A DNA stretch of 63,412 bases, the filler included, from Octopus bimaculoides (Eukaryota): assembly GCF_001194135.2 (NCBI RefSeq). It is 6 parts of 6 records of this genome, joined end to end, with 100 filler letters (N's around TTAATTAATTAA, not from the genome) between each part and the next. Parts side by side here need not be neighbours in the genome. Positions count along the whole stretch, not along the records: positions 15,554 to 33,415 come from NC_069007.1; positions 33,516 to 39,063 come from NC_068983.1; positions 39,164 to 45,847 come from NC_068988.1; 3 more parts are not named here. One strand, given 5' to 3'. Shown here one piece after another: positions 26,750 to 40,286 of the stretch. How positions within the stretch are numbered: the stretch's first letter is position 1; each line of letters opens with the position of its first letter. A model generated the notes under the pieces. It did no database searches and was not told the DNA's origin. It worked only from the letters and a program-made list of their open reading frames with translations. The position numbers were made by a program, and so were the translations under genes.

Positions 26750-29728
26750 TCTCTCTCTCTCTCTCNNNNNNNNNNNNNNNNNNNNNNNNNNNNNNNNNNN
26801 NNNNNNNNNNNNNNNNNNNNNNNNNNNNNNNNNNNNNNNNNNNNNNNNNNNNNNNNNNNNNNNNNNNNNNNNNNNNNNNNNNNNNNNNNNNNNNNNNNNN
26901 NNNNNNNNNNNNNNNNNNNNNNNNNNNNNNNNNNNNNNNNNNNNNNNNNNNNNNNNNNNNNNNNNNNNNNNNNNNNNNNNNNNNNNNNNNNNNNNNNNNN
27001 NNNNNNNNNNNNNNNNNNNNNNNNNNNNNNNNNNNNNNNNNNNNNNNNNNNNNNNNNNNNNNNNNNNNNNNNNNNNNNNNNNNNNNNNNNNNNNNNNNNN
27101 NNNNNNNNNNNNNNNNNNNNNNNNNNNNNNNNNNNNNNNNNNNNNNNNNNNNNNNNNNNNNNNNNNNNNNNNNNNNNNNNNNNNNNNNNNNNNNNNNNNN
27201 NNNNNNNNNNNNNNNNNNNNNNNNNNNNNNNNNNNNNNNNNNNNNNNNNNNNNNNNNNNNNNNNNNNNNNNNNNNNNNNNNNNNNNNNNNNNNNNNNNNN
27301 NNNNNNNNNNNNNNNNNNNNNNNNNNNNNNNNNNNNNNNNNNNNNNNNNNNNNNNNNNNNNNNNNNNNNNNNNNNNNNNNNNNNNNNNNNNNNNNNNNNN
27401 NNNNNNNNNNNNNNNNNNNNNNNNNNNNNNNNNNNNNNNNNNNNNNNNNNNNNNNNNNNNNNNNNNNNNNNNNNNNNNNNNNNNNNNNNNNNNNNNNNNN
27501 NNNNNNNNNNNNNNNNNNNNNNNNNNNNNNNNNNNNNNNNNNNNNNNNNNNNNNNNNNNNNNNNNNNNNNNNNNNNNNNNNNNNNNNNNNNNNTAACTAC
27601 TTTTGATATTGCTTCCTGGGAGATTGACCTGCATATAATCAATCTCTTTGTATTACCAGTGTTGCTGCTTTTTTTTGCTGTTGTTGCTGTTTTTGTTTAT
27701 GATATTCCTATAAAAACACAATATACACACACCTACACAAACACACATATATACATACATACATACATACATACATACATGTATATATGCATATATACCA
27801 ATATATGTATATACGTATGTGTATTTGTATTTATATGCATAGATGTATACATACATATGTATATATTTGAATGTGTATACATGTATATAAACATGTGTGT
27901 GTGTAATATATGTATGTGTATAGGTGTGTGTGTGTGTGTGTATAAAAAACATGGAACGAATCCGCATCAATTGATTGTTATCGATTGTTAGAGTTTATTG
28001 ATTTCCTTTTGACTGGCATATCCAACGAGAGATTCTCTATCCGGACGCTTGAAATGCAAGAAACAACAGCCAAACCGTCATAAGTGAAAATACACCCCTA
28101 CGCTGTATATATATCAGGGTTGTATATATATCAGGGATATGCCGTCTAAGTAGACAAGGTAGACAATGCCTACCTTGAATAAAATAGATTAATAGCCACG
28201 TTTTCTTTTTATGGCAAAATATGTACCTAATCCAATAAAATTATGAAAGTTAATCTGATTACTTTGCATAAAATGCAAAATATTTTATTGTTTTGTAGAT
28301 TAGGTAGGCATAATTCACCCCTGACATTCAATCTCAGTATTAAAGCTACACATAGTACTGCTGTAGTATGCGTGCTGCGTACATTCCTACAACAACGTTT
28401 TCTTTACGTGTTTTGAAGGCAGAAGTAAATTTGCCTTCAACTCAGTCGTGCGGCTGTGTTTCGCTTATTTGTTCTGTGTTTTGCTACATAAATGTCACCA
28501 ACTGCCTACCCTGAGTAATTACGGCACGTTCCTGATATACATANNNNNNNNNNNNNNNNNNNNNNNNNNNNNNNNNNNNNNNNNNNNNNNNNNNNNNNNN
28601 NNNNNNNNNNNNNNNNNNNNNNNNNNNNNNNNNNNNNNNNNNNNNNNNNNNNNNNNNNNNNNNNNNNNNNNNNNNNNNNNNNNNNNNNNNNNNNNNNNNN
28701 NNNNNNNNNNNNNNNNNNNNNNNNNNNNNNNNNNNNNNNNNNNNNNNNNNNNNNNNNNNNNNNNNNNNNNNNNNNNNNNNNNNNNNNNNNNNNNNNNNNN
28801 NNNNNNNNNNNNNNNNNNNNNNNNNNNNNNNNNNNNNNNNNNNNNNNNNNNNNNNNNNNNNNNNNNNNNNNNNNNNNNNNNNNNNNNNNNNNNNNNNNNN
28901 NNNNNNNNNNNNNNNNNNNNNNNNNNNNNNNNNNNNNNNNNNNNNNNNNNNNNNNNNNNNNNNNNNNNNNNNNNNNNNNNNNNNNNNNNNNNNNNNNNNN
29001 NNNNNNNNNNNNNNNNNNNNNNNNNNNNNNNNNNNNNNNNNNNNNNNNNNNNNNNNNNNNNNNNNNNNNNNNNNNNNNNNNNNNNNNNNNNNNNNNNNNN
29101 NNNNNNNNNNNNNNNNNNNNNNNNNNNNNNNNNNNNNNNNNNNNNNNNNNNNNNNNNNNNNNNNNNNNNNNNNNNNNNNNNNNNNNNNNNNNNNNNNNNN
29201 NNNNNNNNNNNNNNNNNNNNNNNNNNNNNNNNNNNNNNNNNNTATTTTATTTGTATTTTTTTAGTTTCTCTTACGTTTTTCTTTTTCATTTTTTTCCCTA
29301 TAATTTGCATTGTACGTTTGATATATATATATATATATATATATCAATTATACTACTTCAATACAAGTGTGTACTTGTTTAAGCGCGCACACAAATAAGC
29401 GTGTGTGTGGTGTATGTGAGAGAGAGTGTGTGGTGTGTGTGTGAGAGAGAGTGTGTGTGTGAGAGAGAGAGTGTGTGTGTGAGAGAGAGAGTGTGTGTGA
29501 GAGAGAGAGAGTGTGTGTGTGTGTGTGTAAGTATATCTAAATGTATTTATATAATATTATCGATATATGTGCGTGTGTGTGTATAGACATATATGTAACA
29601 TGTACATTATATATATATATACATGCGTGTATGTGTGTGTACGTGTATGTGTATTATGAATATATATGAGAGTACATATATGCATGAATATGAGCATTCT
29701 TACTACATATATATTTGCAGATTATGTT

Positions 29729-29763
<35 letters not shown>

Positions 29764-30744
29764 NNNNNNNNNNNNNNNNNNNNNNNNNNNNNNNNNNNNN
29801 NNNNNNNNNNNNNNNNNNNNNNNNNNNNNNNNNNNNNNNNNNNNNNNNNNNNNNNNNNNNNNNNNNNNNNNNNNNNNNNNNNNNNNNNNNNNNNNNNNNN
29901 NNNNNNNNNNNNNNNNNNNNNNNNNNNNNNNNNNNNNNNNNNNNNNNNNNNNNNNNNNNNNNNNNNNNNNNNNNNNNNNNNNNNNNNNNNNNNNNNNNNN
30001 NNNNNNNNNNNNNNNNNNNNNNNNNNNNNNNNNNNNNNNNNNNNNNNNNNNNNNNNNNNNNNNNNNNNNNNNNNNNNNNNNNNNNNNNNNNNNNNNNNNN
30101 NNNNNNNNNNNNNNNNNNNNNNNNNNNNNNNNNNNNNNNNNNNNNNNNNNNNNNNNNNNNNNNNNNNNNNNNNNNNNNNNNNNNNNNNNNNNNNNNNNNN
30201 NNNNNNNNNNNNNNNNNNNNNNNNNNNNNNNNNNNNNNNNNNNNNNNNNNNNNNNNNNNNNNNTATATATAAATATATACCTAAATACATGTGTATGCTT
30301 TATGTATGTATGTATGCATGTATGTATGTATGTATGTATGTACGAACGTATGCAATTATTACAATCATTGAGAAGATCTGATGAAACACAACGGAATCTA
30401 TCTCGAAGTGGATATCAGTTTATAGCACGGCAGAATGCTCATCATCAATAGAACGGTTCTGCAGCTAATGTTTAGACTACAAAACATGCAAGACAACAAC
30501 ACTGAGTAATGGGAAGTATTCTGTTCCAAGTGATATTTCAACATGGTTTCATTACACGGAGTTACTAAGAATATTGAACCGCATTTGATGGTAGAAAATA
30601 CGCGCCCCTATTTCAGTAGCGGATATTCAAATAAATAAAGTTTCTGATGCATCAAAGCTTGTAAAATGGGACCTTTTTCTGAGTAATGTTTTGAGACATT
30701 TTTTCGTTGGGGAAAAAAAGAAACGTGCGTTTTATATTCCTTCG

Positions 30745-31025
30745 AATAGGGCGATGGACTCTCCCGTCTAAGACGATGTTTGAGTGTTCAGTGTTTCGTA
30801 AACGACCTGCACATATGATTTGTTTATAGTGATCAAATGCATGTGCTGTACATTAGATCGCTCCCCTCCATTAACTCAGCGTTACCTGTACAGGTGCATA
30901 AATGTGCCACACGTCAGATGTCGAAATGAAGTGTTTTGCCCAAGAATACAACGCATTGCTCGGTCCGGGGATAGAACATATGGTTTAGCGATCGTAAGCA
31001 CAACAGCTAAAACACAAGGCCGCGG
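30745..31025 (-). mobile_element. Degenerate tRNA-headed SINE (different family)
   Basis: Reverse complement has a tRNA-like head followed by 'gcgttgtattcttgggcaaaacacttcattt', a typical SINE post-tRNA segment. Confidence 0.5.
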
Positions 31026-31084
31026 GAAATATTGCTTGTGAAATATAAATATACGCACGTTGAATGATTGGTTGTCTGTCATTA

Positions 31085-31170
31085 CAATGGTTGAATGGTT
31101 TAAGATGTTCGAACCTTAAGCATGAGTTCGTGGTTTCGAACCCAAAACGCGGTGCGATGAGGGGTCATTT
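31085..31170 (+). mobile_element. Degenerate tRNA-derived SINE head
   Basis: A-box-like 'tggttgaatggtt' and B-box-like 'ggtttcgaaccc'; no complete cloverleaf. Confidence 0.4.
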
Positions 31171-31919
31171 TTTATCAAAATTTCTTATCAATCAAAGAAC
31201 GATGGGTATATTTAGGTAGATGGAGACATGCGGGGTGTGCTTCTTGTGTTGTCCACAATGGAAAATGTCACAGTGTTTCAGTTCAAGGGTTTAGGAGTTT
31301 TGAGAAGTAAGAAGTTATCCTTAAGTTACCAGTAATCTCAAGGCTGTTCTGGCTCAGGATGTTAATATCTGTCCAGGGACACAATTATGTGTCAAACAAC
31401 AGAAGGTGGTCCCTAGACATGCCACACAGAGAGTGAGAAAGAGAGAGAAAGAGAAGAAAAGACAAAGAAAAAAGTGAGGAAGTAAGAAATAGAGAGGGAG
31501 AGAGTCTACCCAATTGTCTGCTTCCCTGTTGCACCTCGTAGACTGGAATAAAGAGCTACGATGTAGTCGAAGACTTTTCTGTTGTACCAAGTCCACCTTG
31601 GAGTAAACAGCTACTCTGTAAAGCGACAGTTTTTTGTTGTAGCTACTTGTCGTAGGAATACTTAGTGTCTTCGTGAAGGCATGTTTCACGTTTGTACCAA
31701 GTCCACCTAAGAATAAAGAGAACAGTTACTTCGCTGAGGTCCGCTATGATGCCGTATGGCCGTGAGGCTGTATGGCCGTATGAGTCCCAACTTGCACTAA
31801 ACAATAGCCAGCTGTAATGGATGGGTAGAAAATACCCTCGCTTCGTTGTAAGTACATAGCTACGATGAAGTGTTTCGAACCAGCTTGATATCAATATGAG
31901 GTCAGAGAGAGAGAGAGAG

Positions 31920-31973
<54 letters not shown>

Positions 31974-33329
31974 GGAGGGAGAGACAGTGAAGTCAGCACC
32001 ATAACAACCATCACCAGCACCATCACAGTCACCATGACTACCATCGCCACCACCACGTCATCATTGCCATCGTCATCATCGCAAACAAACACAAGCTGTG
32101 ATTGNNNNNNNNNNNNNNNNNNNNNNNNNNNNNNNNNNNNNNNNNNNNNNNNNNNNNNNNNNNNNNNNNNNNNNNNNNNNNNNNNNNNNNNNNNNNNNNN
32201 NNNNNNNNNNNNNNNNNNNNNNNNNNNNNNNNNNNNNNNNNNNNNNNNNNNNNNNNNNNNNNNNNNNNNNNNNNNNNNNNNNNNNNNNNNNNNNNNNNNN
32301 NNNNNNNNNNNNNNNNNNNNNNNNNNNNNNNNNNNNNNNNNNNNNNNNNNNNNNNNNNNNNNNNNNNNNNNNNNNNNNNNNNNNNNNNNNNNNNNNNNNN
32401 NNNNNNNNNNNNNNNNNNNNNNNNNNNNNNNNNNNNNNNNNNNATATATATACATACATACACAAGCATATATAAACGCATTTATGCAAATGTAATAGAG
32501 ATATACACATGCACACATATACACATACAGACACTATACACATCCACATCCACACTTATACACAACAAGGAATACATACATACATACATACATACATACA
32601 TACATACATACATACATACATAACGGGTGATTTTATCATCCCATGTACACACACACATGCACGCACTCACATATACACACGCACTCACATATGAACACAC
32701 ACATATGCACACATGCACATACACACACATATACACACTTATACACACACACGCACTAACATATACACACGTACACACGCACACGCACACACACACACAC
32801 ATACACACACACACACACACAAGCTGTGCTTGTATGATGGCTTGGTGATTTTGTAGAGCTGCCACAGTCTACAACAACAACGAGAATACCACCACTACCA
32901 CCAAGACCATAACACAACCACCACAACTACCACCTCCACCACACAAAACACAAACACACGCTGTGATATAATGATATACCGCCACTGTGCACTCACCACC
33001 AACACCACAACCGCAACTACAACCACCTACCACTAACAACAACAGCATTAACAACTATAGTACAGCCACCACTACTGTCAACAGCATCAACTACAGCGAT
33101 GCAACTACCACCGCAACAATCGACACAACCACCACTGCCACACTAACGCATACACCACACTCTTATAGTTTAGTTACCAGTATTACATCTTCAGCAACCA
33201 GCACCCCCCTCCGGCTCCACCCCAGGTAGCAGCAATGGGCCACCCAAACTAACAACACTACCACCTTCACACTCAAAACTACCACCACCACTATCAGCAT
33301 AACTGCCAGCACTGCCGCATCGCCACCAC

Positions 33330-33370
<41 letters not shown>

Positions 33371-33459
33371 CGATTGTATTACACCGCTGCACTGTTATTA
33401 AGAACTTGGCAGTCANNNNNNNNNNNNNNNNNNNNNNNNNNNNNNNNNNNNNNNNNNNN

Positions 33460-33471
33460 TTAATTAATTAA
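33460..33471. other. Synthetic scaffold linker TTAATTAATTAA
   Basis: 44N flanks on both sides. Confidence 0.9.
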
Positions 33472-33515
33472 NNNNNNNNNNNNNNNNNNNNNNNNNNNNN
33501 NNNNNNNNNNNNNNN

Positions 33516-33635
33516 CAAACAGAGAGTGACTATTGGTTTCGCATCTATAACGCGCTTAGCTACAGGCAACCTGTCAGACACAGATGACTGGAGGCGCATA
33601 CCCTTTCTACAACCAGAGGAAGGGGTGTATCATGG
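33516..33635. repeat. Interspersed repeat, related copy at ~58810-58930
   Basis: Shared 'cagagagtgac(t/c)attggtttc...cctttcta...agagga' at both loci. Confidence 0.55.
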
Positions 33636-34716
33636 TTAGTTGATTTTATAAACAAAAAATCGAGAACGAGACTCTACTGGCTGAACCTTGGCCGTTACGA
33701 TTTCAGTTTTATCCAGAACCCCTGCCGAAGACGTGTGAAGATGGGAGCATTTATCAAGTCGGTAAATTGAGGAATTTATGACTTCAACTCGAATTTTCTT
33801 TGAAGAGGGCACTGAATGAGCGTCTCTGTTTTTGCAGTTTAAAAAATCCTTGATTCAAGCTAGTTTTTCGGGATTTTTACTTTTCAGTCAAGCAAAACTT
33901 ACATCATTTACTTCAAGTGAGATACGGCCACGGCAATTCTAGGGCCGCTATTTAATCATACCTGTTGTATCCTCCTCTTTTAAACACCATACATAGCTTG
34001 ATAGGGACGTGATGTTGTGCTTCTCAGGTATCCTAAAGGAAAATCTGCTTGGGCCGCTTGTAGAACTGATATATTTCCATGTCTATGACCTAATCATGGT
34101 GATGTTACAGCTGCTGTTGTTGCTGTCGTTTTCGGTTCCCATGTTATTGCTACTGATGACCCTGTCCCTGGTGCGGCCGCTGGTATCGCTGCCGTTGTTC
34201 CTGTTATTGCTGGACGCAATTCTGGTCTGCTGTTGTCGCGAAGAAGGCCGCTGTTGCTATCACTGACAGCCGTATTTCTGGTGCAGTTTTAGCTGTTGTA
34301 GTTGTTGCTATTGTTGCGATACACCTCCTGTTGTTCTACAAATGGTTGTAGGAGACGAAACGTTCCTAAATTAATCATCAATAAGATCGAGATCAAGCGC
34401 AAAGTGATTAGGAAATAATTATTTATATATTTCTTTAATTTTTGAATTTCTCATATAATCCATCAAATAAAAATTAATAAAATGCATCAGTGATATAGAT
34501 GTTTCTGTTGAGATATGAGGTAGAAATGCTGTCGATTCTGCCAGCTCGTCGCCTTAGTATGTGAACTAATACTAATCATCAATTCCATATGTCCAGTCGG
34601 AATGGCGTCACAGTTCCCTGTTTCTGTATCATAAATCTTAATACAATATTACATTGATATTTATCATATTAAGAGTAAGTGATTTTCTTTTAAGTTAATT
34701 TGGTATAATTTCTTAG

Positions 34717-34809
34717 TGTTACGTATTTTTTTCCGAAATATTCAACGTAATGTTTGATGAAATTTATAATGCCGACATTCAAGACAATGTTTTACTAAAT
34801 GGATTTCGA
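34717..34809 (+). CDS. Candidate internal exon of an unidentified gene (CYVFFSEIFNVMFDEIYNADIQDNVLLNGFR)
   Basis: tttcttag acceptor, CGA|gtaagt donor, 93-nt open phase-0/0 frame; no recognisable homology. Confidence 0.3.
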
Positions 34810-35205
34810 GTAAGTTCGACAACTATGTTATGGTAATGATTTTTATATCCTTAATAAATATGTGAATCTACCAAAATGCGTTAAAATATTTCAGGAAAAA
34901 ATGGAATAAATAATAAAAATTAGACGTTATCAAACTTTATGTCATAGCTATATCAATAATTAAAAAAGCGAAACATCTTCATAATCCTGAAGGAGCCATA
35001 TACAGCAATATTTGGTGTTTACAAAAGTAAACATTGTTTTAAAATCAAATTATCTTTGCTACGTAATATATTTACATATTTTTGTGCTTTAAAATTTTAT
35101 TAAAATATCTTGGACAGGAAGCGTCTTACGTGTTTGAAAGAGATTTCTTAAAACAATATATTTTGGATATGCACATCCACCCACGTGTGTATATGTGTAT
35201 ATAAG

Positions 35206-35251
<46 letters not shown>

Positions 35252-35679
35252 NNNNNNNNNNNNNNNNNNNNNNNNNNNNNNNNNNNNNNNNNNNNNNNNN
35301 NNNNNNNNNNNNNNNNNNNNNNNNNNNNNNNNNNNNNNNNNNNNNNNNNNNNNNNNNNNNNNNNNNNNNNNNNNNNNNNNNNNNNNNNNNNNNNNNNNNN
35401 NNNNNNNNNNNNNNNNNNNNNNNNNNNNNNNNNNNNNNNNNNNNNNNNNNNNNNNNNNNNNNNNNNNNNNNNNNNNNNNNNNNNNNNNNNNNNNNNNNNN
35501 NNNNNNNNNNNNNNNNNNNNNNNNNNNNNNNNNNNNNNNNNNNNNNNNNNNNNNNNNNNNNNNNNNNNNNNNNNNNNNNNNNNNNNNNNNNNNNNNNNNN
35601 NNNNNNNNNNNNNNNNNNNNNNNNNNNNNNNNNNNNNNNNNNNNNNNNNNNNNNNNNNNNNNNNNNNNNNNNNNNNNNN

Positions 35680-35723
<44 letters not shown>

Positions 35724-36095
35724 GAAATATATTTGAAATTTATTCGTGCGTGTGCATGTGTGTGAGTATATATGTATGTGTGTGTGAGTGTGTGTTATCA
35801 CAAATCCACGAAAATAATTTGTAAATAATTTGTCACTTTGCTTCTACTTGAGATTTATGTTGACGTTCCACATTTCAATGTAATACTGCGGTAATTGTCA
35901 CGATAATTCAATGAGATGCTTGTCCGTCGAAACGTGTGACAATGTGGCACTGATGTATACATGTGCATATATGGGTACAGGACGTCACCAACAGTAAACA
36001 ACATGAAATACGAAAACAAATGAGTTCAATACGCAAACAACGAGAAAAACAGATGGAAATCAGGGCAAATAACACAAAAAACGACCCTCCATCAG

Positions 36096-36491
36096 TTGTC
36101 TACTGTCTATCTACTCTTCATGTTGAGCATTGAAATAATTAACTGCCCCTTTTCGAATGAAATTGTGGAGTTAATTTCTTCTGTACGGTGTAAAAAATCA
36201 AAGAAACCAGGTGGGACTCAGACACTATTAATACGAAAAATGCGCTGTGCTGTTTGCAGCATTACAACTAACGCTCTGATTCACATTGAAAGATCAATCC
36301 ACATATTTTCATCATCCGCATACGAATATCAATCAAATGCTTCTGAAATATCTACAAATGTTTGTAAAGGAAAGGAAGCACTGCATAATGCATGCCTAGA
36401 CACTGCTCGAAGAAGATCGAAAAGACCAGCGTCTACACAACAACGTAAAAAAGGATCACCAATTCAAAAGCGTCTATTTTTCGACAAGTAG
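36096..36491 (+). CDS. Non-repetitive ~130-codon open frame, possible exon of an unidentified gene
   Basis: Ordinary amino-acid complexity, basic C-terminus with SP and KRLFF (RxL-like); ORF starts at TTG; splice sites not resolved. Confidence 0.3.
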   Translation: MSTVYLLFMLSIEIINCPFSNEIVELISSVRCKKSKKPGGTQTLLIRKMRCAVCSITTNALIHIERSIHIFSSSAYEYQSNASEISTNVCKGKEALHNACLDTARRRSKRPASTQQRKKGSPIQKRLFFDK

Positions 36492-36991
36492 AATGGGATC
36501 TCTTTGAAAGGTTATTTTGTCTTTTAAATAATTTCCATACCACTAATATAAAATATTTCAACAGCCTTTTATATGTATTATTTCTACTCTGTGGACCAAT
36601 TTTTTTCGTTAATCTGAGCTTCACAATGAATTTGTTTTTAAACGAAATATATTATACTTACAAATAGATTATAGAATATGCGAAATACTTATTACATCAA
36701 GTGAAATCTTTAGCACTGAATAAATAAATAAATAATATATATATAAGTCGCAATATTTACTGTATTCAGAGATTGTAAAAATAATGAACATGATAATATT
36801 CAACATAGATTAATGAATTTAAAAGATGCTGAAGATACCAACAAATGGTTAGAAGGTAAATGTGAATTCAATTATTATTCAGACATACACATACGTACAC
36901 AGACACACACATGCAAGCTCATACCATACATAGTTACGCACGTAAGCATACGACACAATTAAAGCCTGTATTCATGTACGTGAGTATATGC

Positions 36992-37026
<35 letters not shown>

Positions 37027-39027
37027 TGNNNNNNNNNNNNNNNNNNNNNNNNNNNNNNNNNNNNNNNNNNNNNNNNNNNNNNNNNNNNNNNNNNNNNNNN
37101 NNNNNNNNNNNNNNNNNNNNNNNNNNNNNNNNNNNNNNNNNNNNNNNNNNNNNNNNNNNNNNNNNNNNNNNNNNNNNNNNNNNNNNNNNNNNNNNNNNNN
37201 NNNNNNNNNNNNNNNNNNNNNNNNNNNNNNNNNNNNNNNNNNNNNNNNNNNNNNNNNNNNNNNNNNNNNNNNNNNNNNNNNNNNNNNNNNNNNNNNNNNN
37301 NNNNNNNNNNNNNNNNNNNNNNNNNNNNNNNNNNNNNNNNNNNNNNNNNNNNNNNNNNNNNNNNNNNNNNNNNNNNNNNNNNNNNNNNNNNNNNNNNNNN
37401 NNNNNNNNNNNNNNNNNATATATGCATGTGTGCATATGTATGTATATACACAGATCTGGGTATTTACTCAAGCATACACACACATTCATGCACACATACA
37501 CATTTCGCTTACGTGCGATATAAGAACTTGCGATATGTATATGTTATAAATCTCTTAGTAATGAATTCGTTGCTTATATTTATGTACTAGCATTTTCAAA
37601 GTTCCAAGATTTCAGATGTAACAATATAGTACATCATCAGATTGTAATTCACTCAAATGCTACTCGGGAAATCCTGAGTTTATTGCAATTATACATCTTG
37701 TGACTAGCACCTTTCGTTAATATCACGACAGATTTCATAGGCAGAAATAAGATGAAGACAGAACCCTTGTTTTATGTTTTCGCTGGAAGCCTTTATCTTT
37801 GAGACACTTAGAATGTACAATTGACTTCATAGGTCTCTCATCTATAGATAACTCTCCACGGCAATTCTCTAACAACAGGAATGATTATGCAAAGCATATA
37901 TTTACAAAGTTATTTAGTACGGATATAAAAAAAATATAGTTGGAATGTAACTATTAACGTATAATATGCAAAAATGAAATTAAATAGATGAAACCTCTAG
38001 TGCTACCATAGTCAGAGGTGGGAAATATATACACAGGTAAAATTTCAAGCTCACACCGTCATTAATTAGTACTCAGTATACAGAATATAAGTGATGTTAT
38101 AAAGTATGGAATTTTTGTCAACCAGAACGTCAATTCAATAGATTAAGAATGTGAAATATTGTAGAATTACGAGTTGATATCAAAATGTTTCCGGCAGGCA
38201 TCTGGCCGCCTTAGAAAGGGATATATTATAACTTAATACATCATTAAGGTACGTTTGTTTCACAATGTTTCTTAGATTCGAACGTCGCTATAAAAACAGT
38301 TCATAATACGTATAACATTAAGTTATAAGGAAGAAGCATTGTCTCTGAGATATACAAAAACAGATGGAGGAAGACTAAGATAACTTATTTTAAACAAGAA
38401 TTTTATGTTAATGAAGCCAGCAATGCAATAGAGTTTTTTCATGGTAGTATGATATTTGCAACAGGCACATATATCAATCGATATTTAACGAACTTTTCAA
38501 CACCAAAAAAATAATAACCATGTGCTTGAAGATTTATAAGTAGTACCAAGCTGCACACCACGATGTGAAACTTTGACTTGGCGGCAACTCATGCCATCAA
38601 CTTGAAACATTGAACAATTCTCAGCTTTCTTGCTTATGGGAAGATCCCGGTGTGCAGCTTATGAGAAAATCCTTTACCAAGATCTCGGCAGCTTATAAAG
38701 AATTATACAGGACTTAGTGATACGATTTTAAAAGCCCATGTTATTAGCAGCTACACTGCTTCAGATTAAAACAACTAATTCAATTTCCTTTTCTTCCAGG
38801 ACCTCATAGAACGCTTACAAGAAAATTGTACATAGTTGTCAGAAAACGACTGTGCCAAACTATGCTAAAGAGAATTTTTACGACTATGTTGGACAAGAAA
38901 GTAGAAAAAATATCAAATAGTGGAAGTTAATGGTTAATGTGTGGATAAGTTTTTATTCAATTAATATATCTTAATTTCCTCTGTCGTCTTTCATGACTCT
39001 CTACCCCATCACACACACACACACAAA

Positions 39028-39063
<36 letters not shown>

Positions 39064-39107
39064 NNNNNNNNNNNNNNNNNNNNNNNNNNNNNNNNNNNNN
39101 NNNNNNN

Positions 39108-39119
39108 TTAATTAATTAA
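39108..39119. other. Synthetic scaffold linker TTAATTAATTAA
   Basis: 44N flanks; lies ~1.2 kb into NCLN intron 1. Confidence 0.9.
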
Positions 39120-40022
39120 NNNNNNNNNNNNNNNNNNNNNNNNNNNNNNNNNNNNNNNNNNNNGTTTGAAATCATAACATTGCAAGTAGTGTATCATCAT
39201 TTTGTACTGTTTCATCATCATAAGGAGTGAAAATTCGTCAACATAGTTGTTGCTGTTGAAATTGAGAGTCTGAAACATAGTCAGGTGGCAGGTCCTCTTT
39301 TTTTTCAAGAAATTTTTCTTCAACTTTGACCCGATTGTAATTGAGGTTGCTAATAAATTATCTGGATAATTTTTGGTGTTTAACAATCAATAGTCTTTTC
39401 TCTGTTGGATTCCAAATCAATTTTTCCCCACACTAATGTCTAATTTGATCATTTTCAAATTTTAAAAATATGTCTAAAATGGGGTAAAATGAGTAATATC
39501 TAATTTCAATAATTTCTCTTTAACTGCATGGTCACTAAATAGATCATGAAGAGGACACTCCAGCAGATCGTGAAGAAGCGATATATAATATCTTATGTTG
39601 AGTCTTTTTTCTTTAGTCGAGTTTCGCTAATTTCATATCATGTGCCATTTTCCCCTGGGCCTCTTTCATTTGACCTAGATATTTAATTTTTTTTGCATTT
39701 CTCTTCTTTCTGATGTCTAGGAAAAGATACTGATGTGAGTCTGTTTTCTAGAGAATTGAAGCGGCAAATTTACCTTGTATTAGCTTACTTTGCTCCAACC
39801 AAATTTGTCTTGTATATGCTCAAAGAGAACGGCGATAATTTTCTGAAAAAGTTATCAGATTGTTATTATGCTTTTAATGTATTTAAAGAAAATCATTTGC
39901 TTAGCTGATATAGATTTTGTAAGGTAGTGGATATTTGTAAAAAAAAAAAAAAAAAAAAATTGTCTCAAAGTCAAGAATGCAGTAAAAAACACCTCATTTT
40001 GCCCCACNNNNNNNNNNACCCA

Positions 40023-40054
<32 letters not shown>

Positions 40055-40286
40055 GATAGATAGAGAGAGAGAGAGAGAAGGAAATAGAATTCTAATAAAA
40101 GGTAATTGATTGTGTTTATATATATTGTAGCTAATAGGGAACATGAATATATAATATTCGTATACATTGAAATGAGTATATATTTGCGTCTAGTGGGTCG
40201 CTCCTTGTTGGTCATGGAAGAAACTGTAGACATGATAACTGTGTTATTAATTGCTATGAGGGAGAAAACAAGGTGAAAATGATTAC

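Noticed and set aside
36330-36360. Minus-strand FVDISEAFD resembling an RT motif
   Set aside because: Immediately followed by a stop, no flanking RT motifs, and it is the antisense of the plus-strand open frame.
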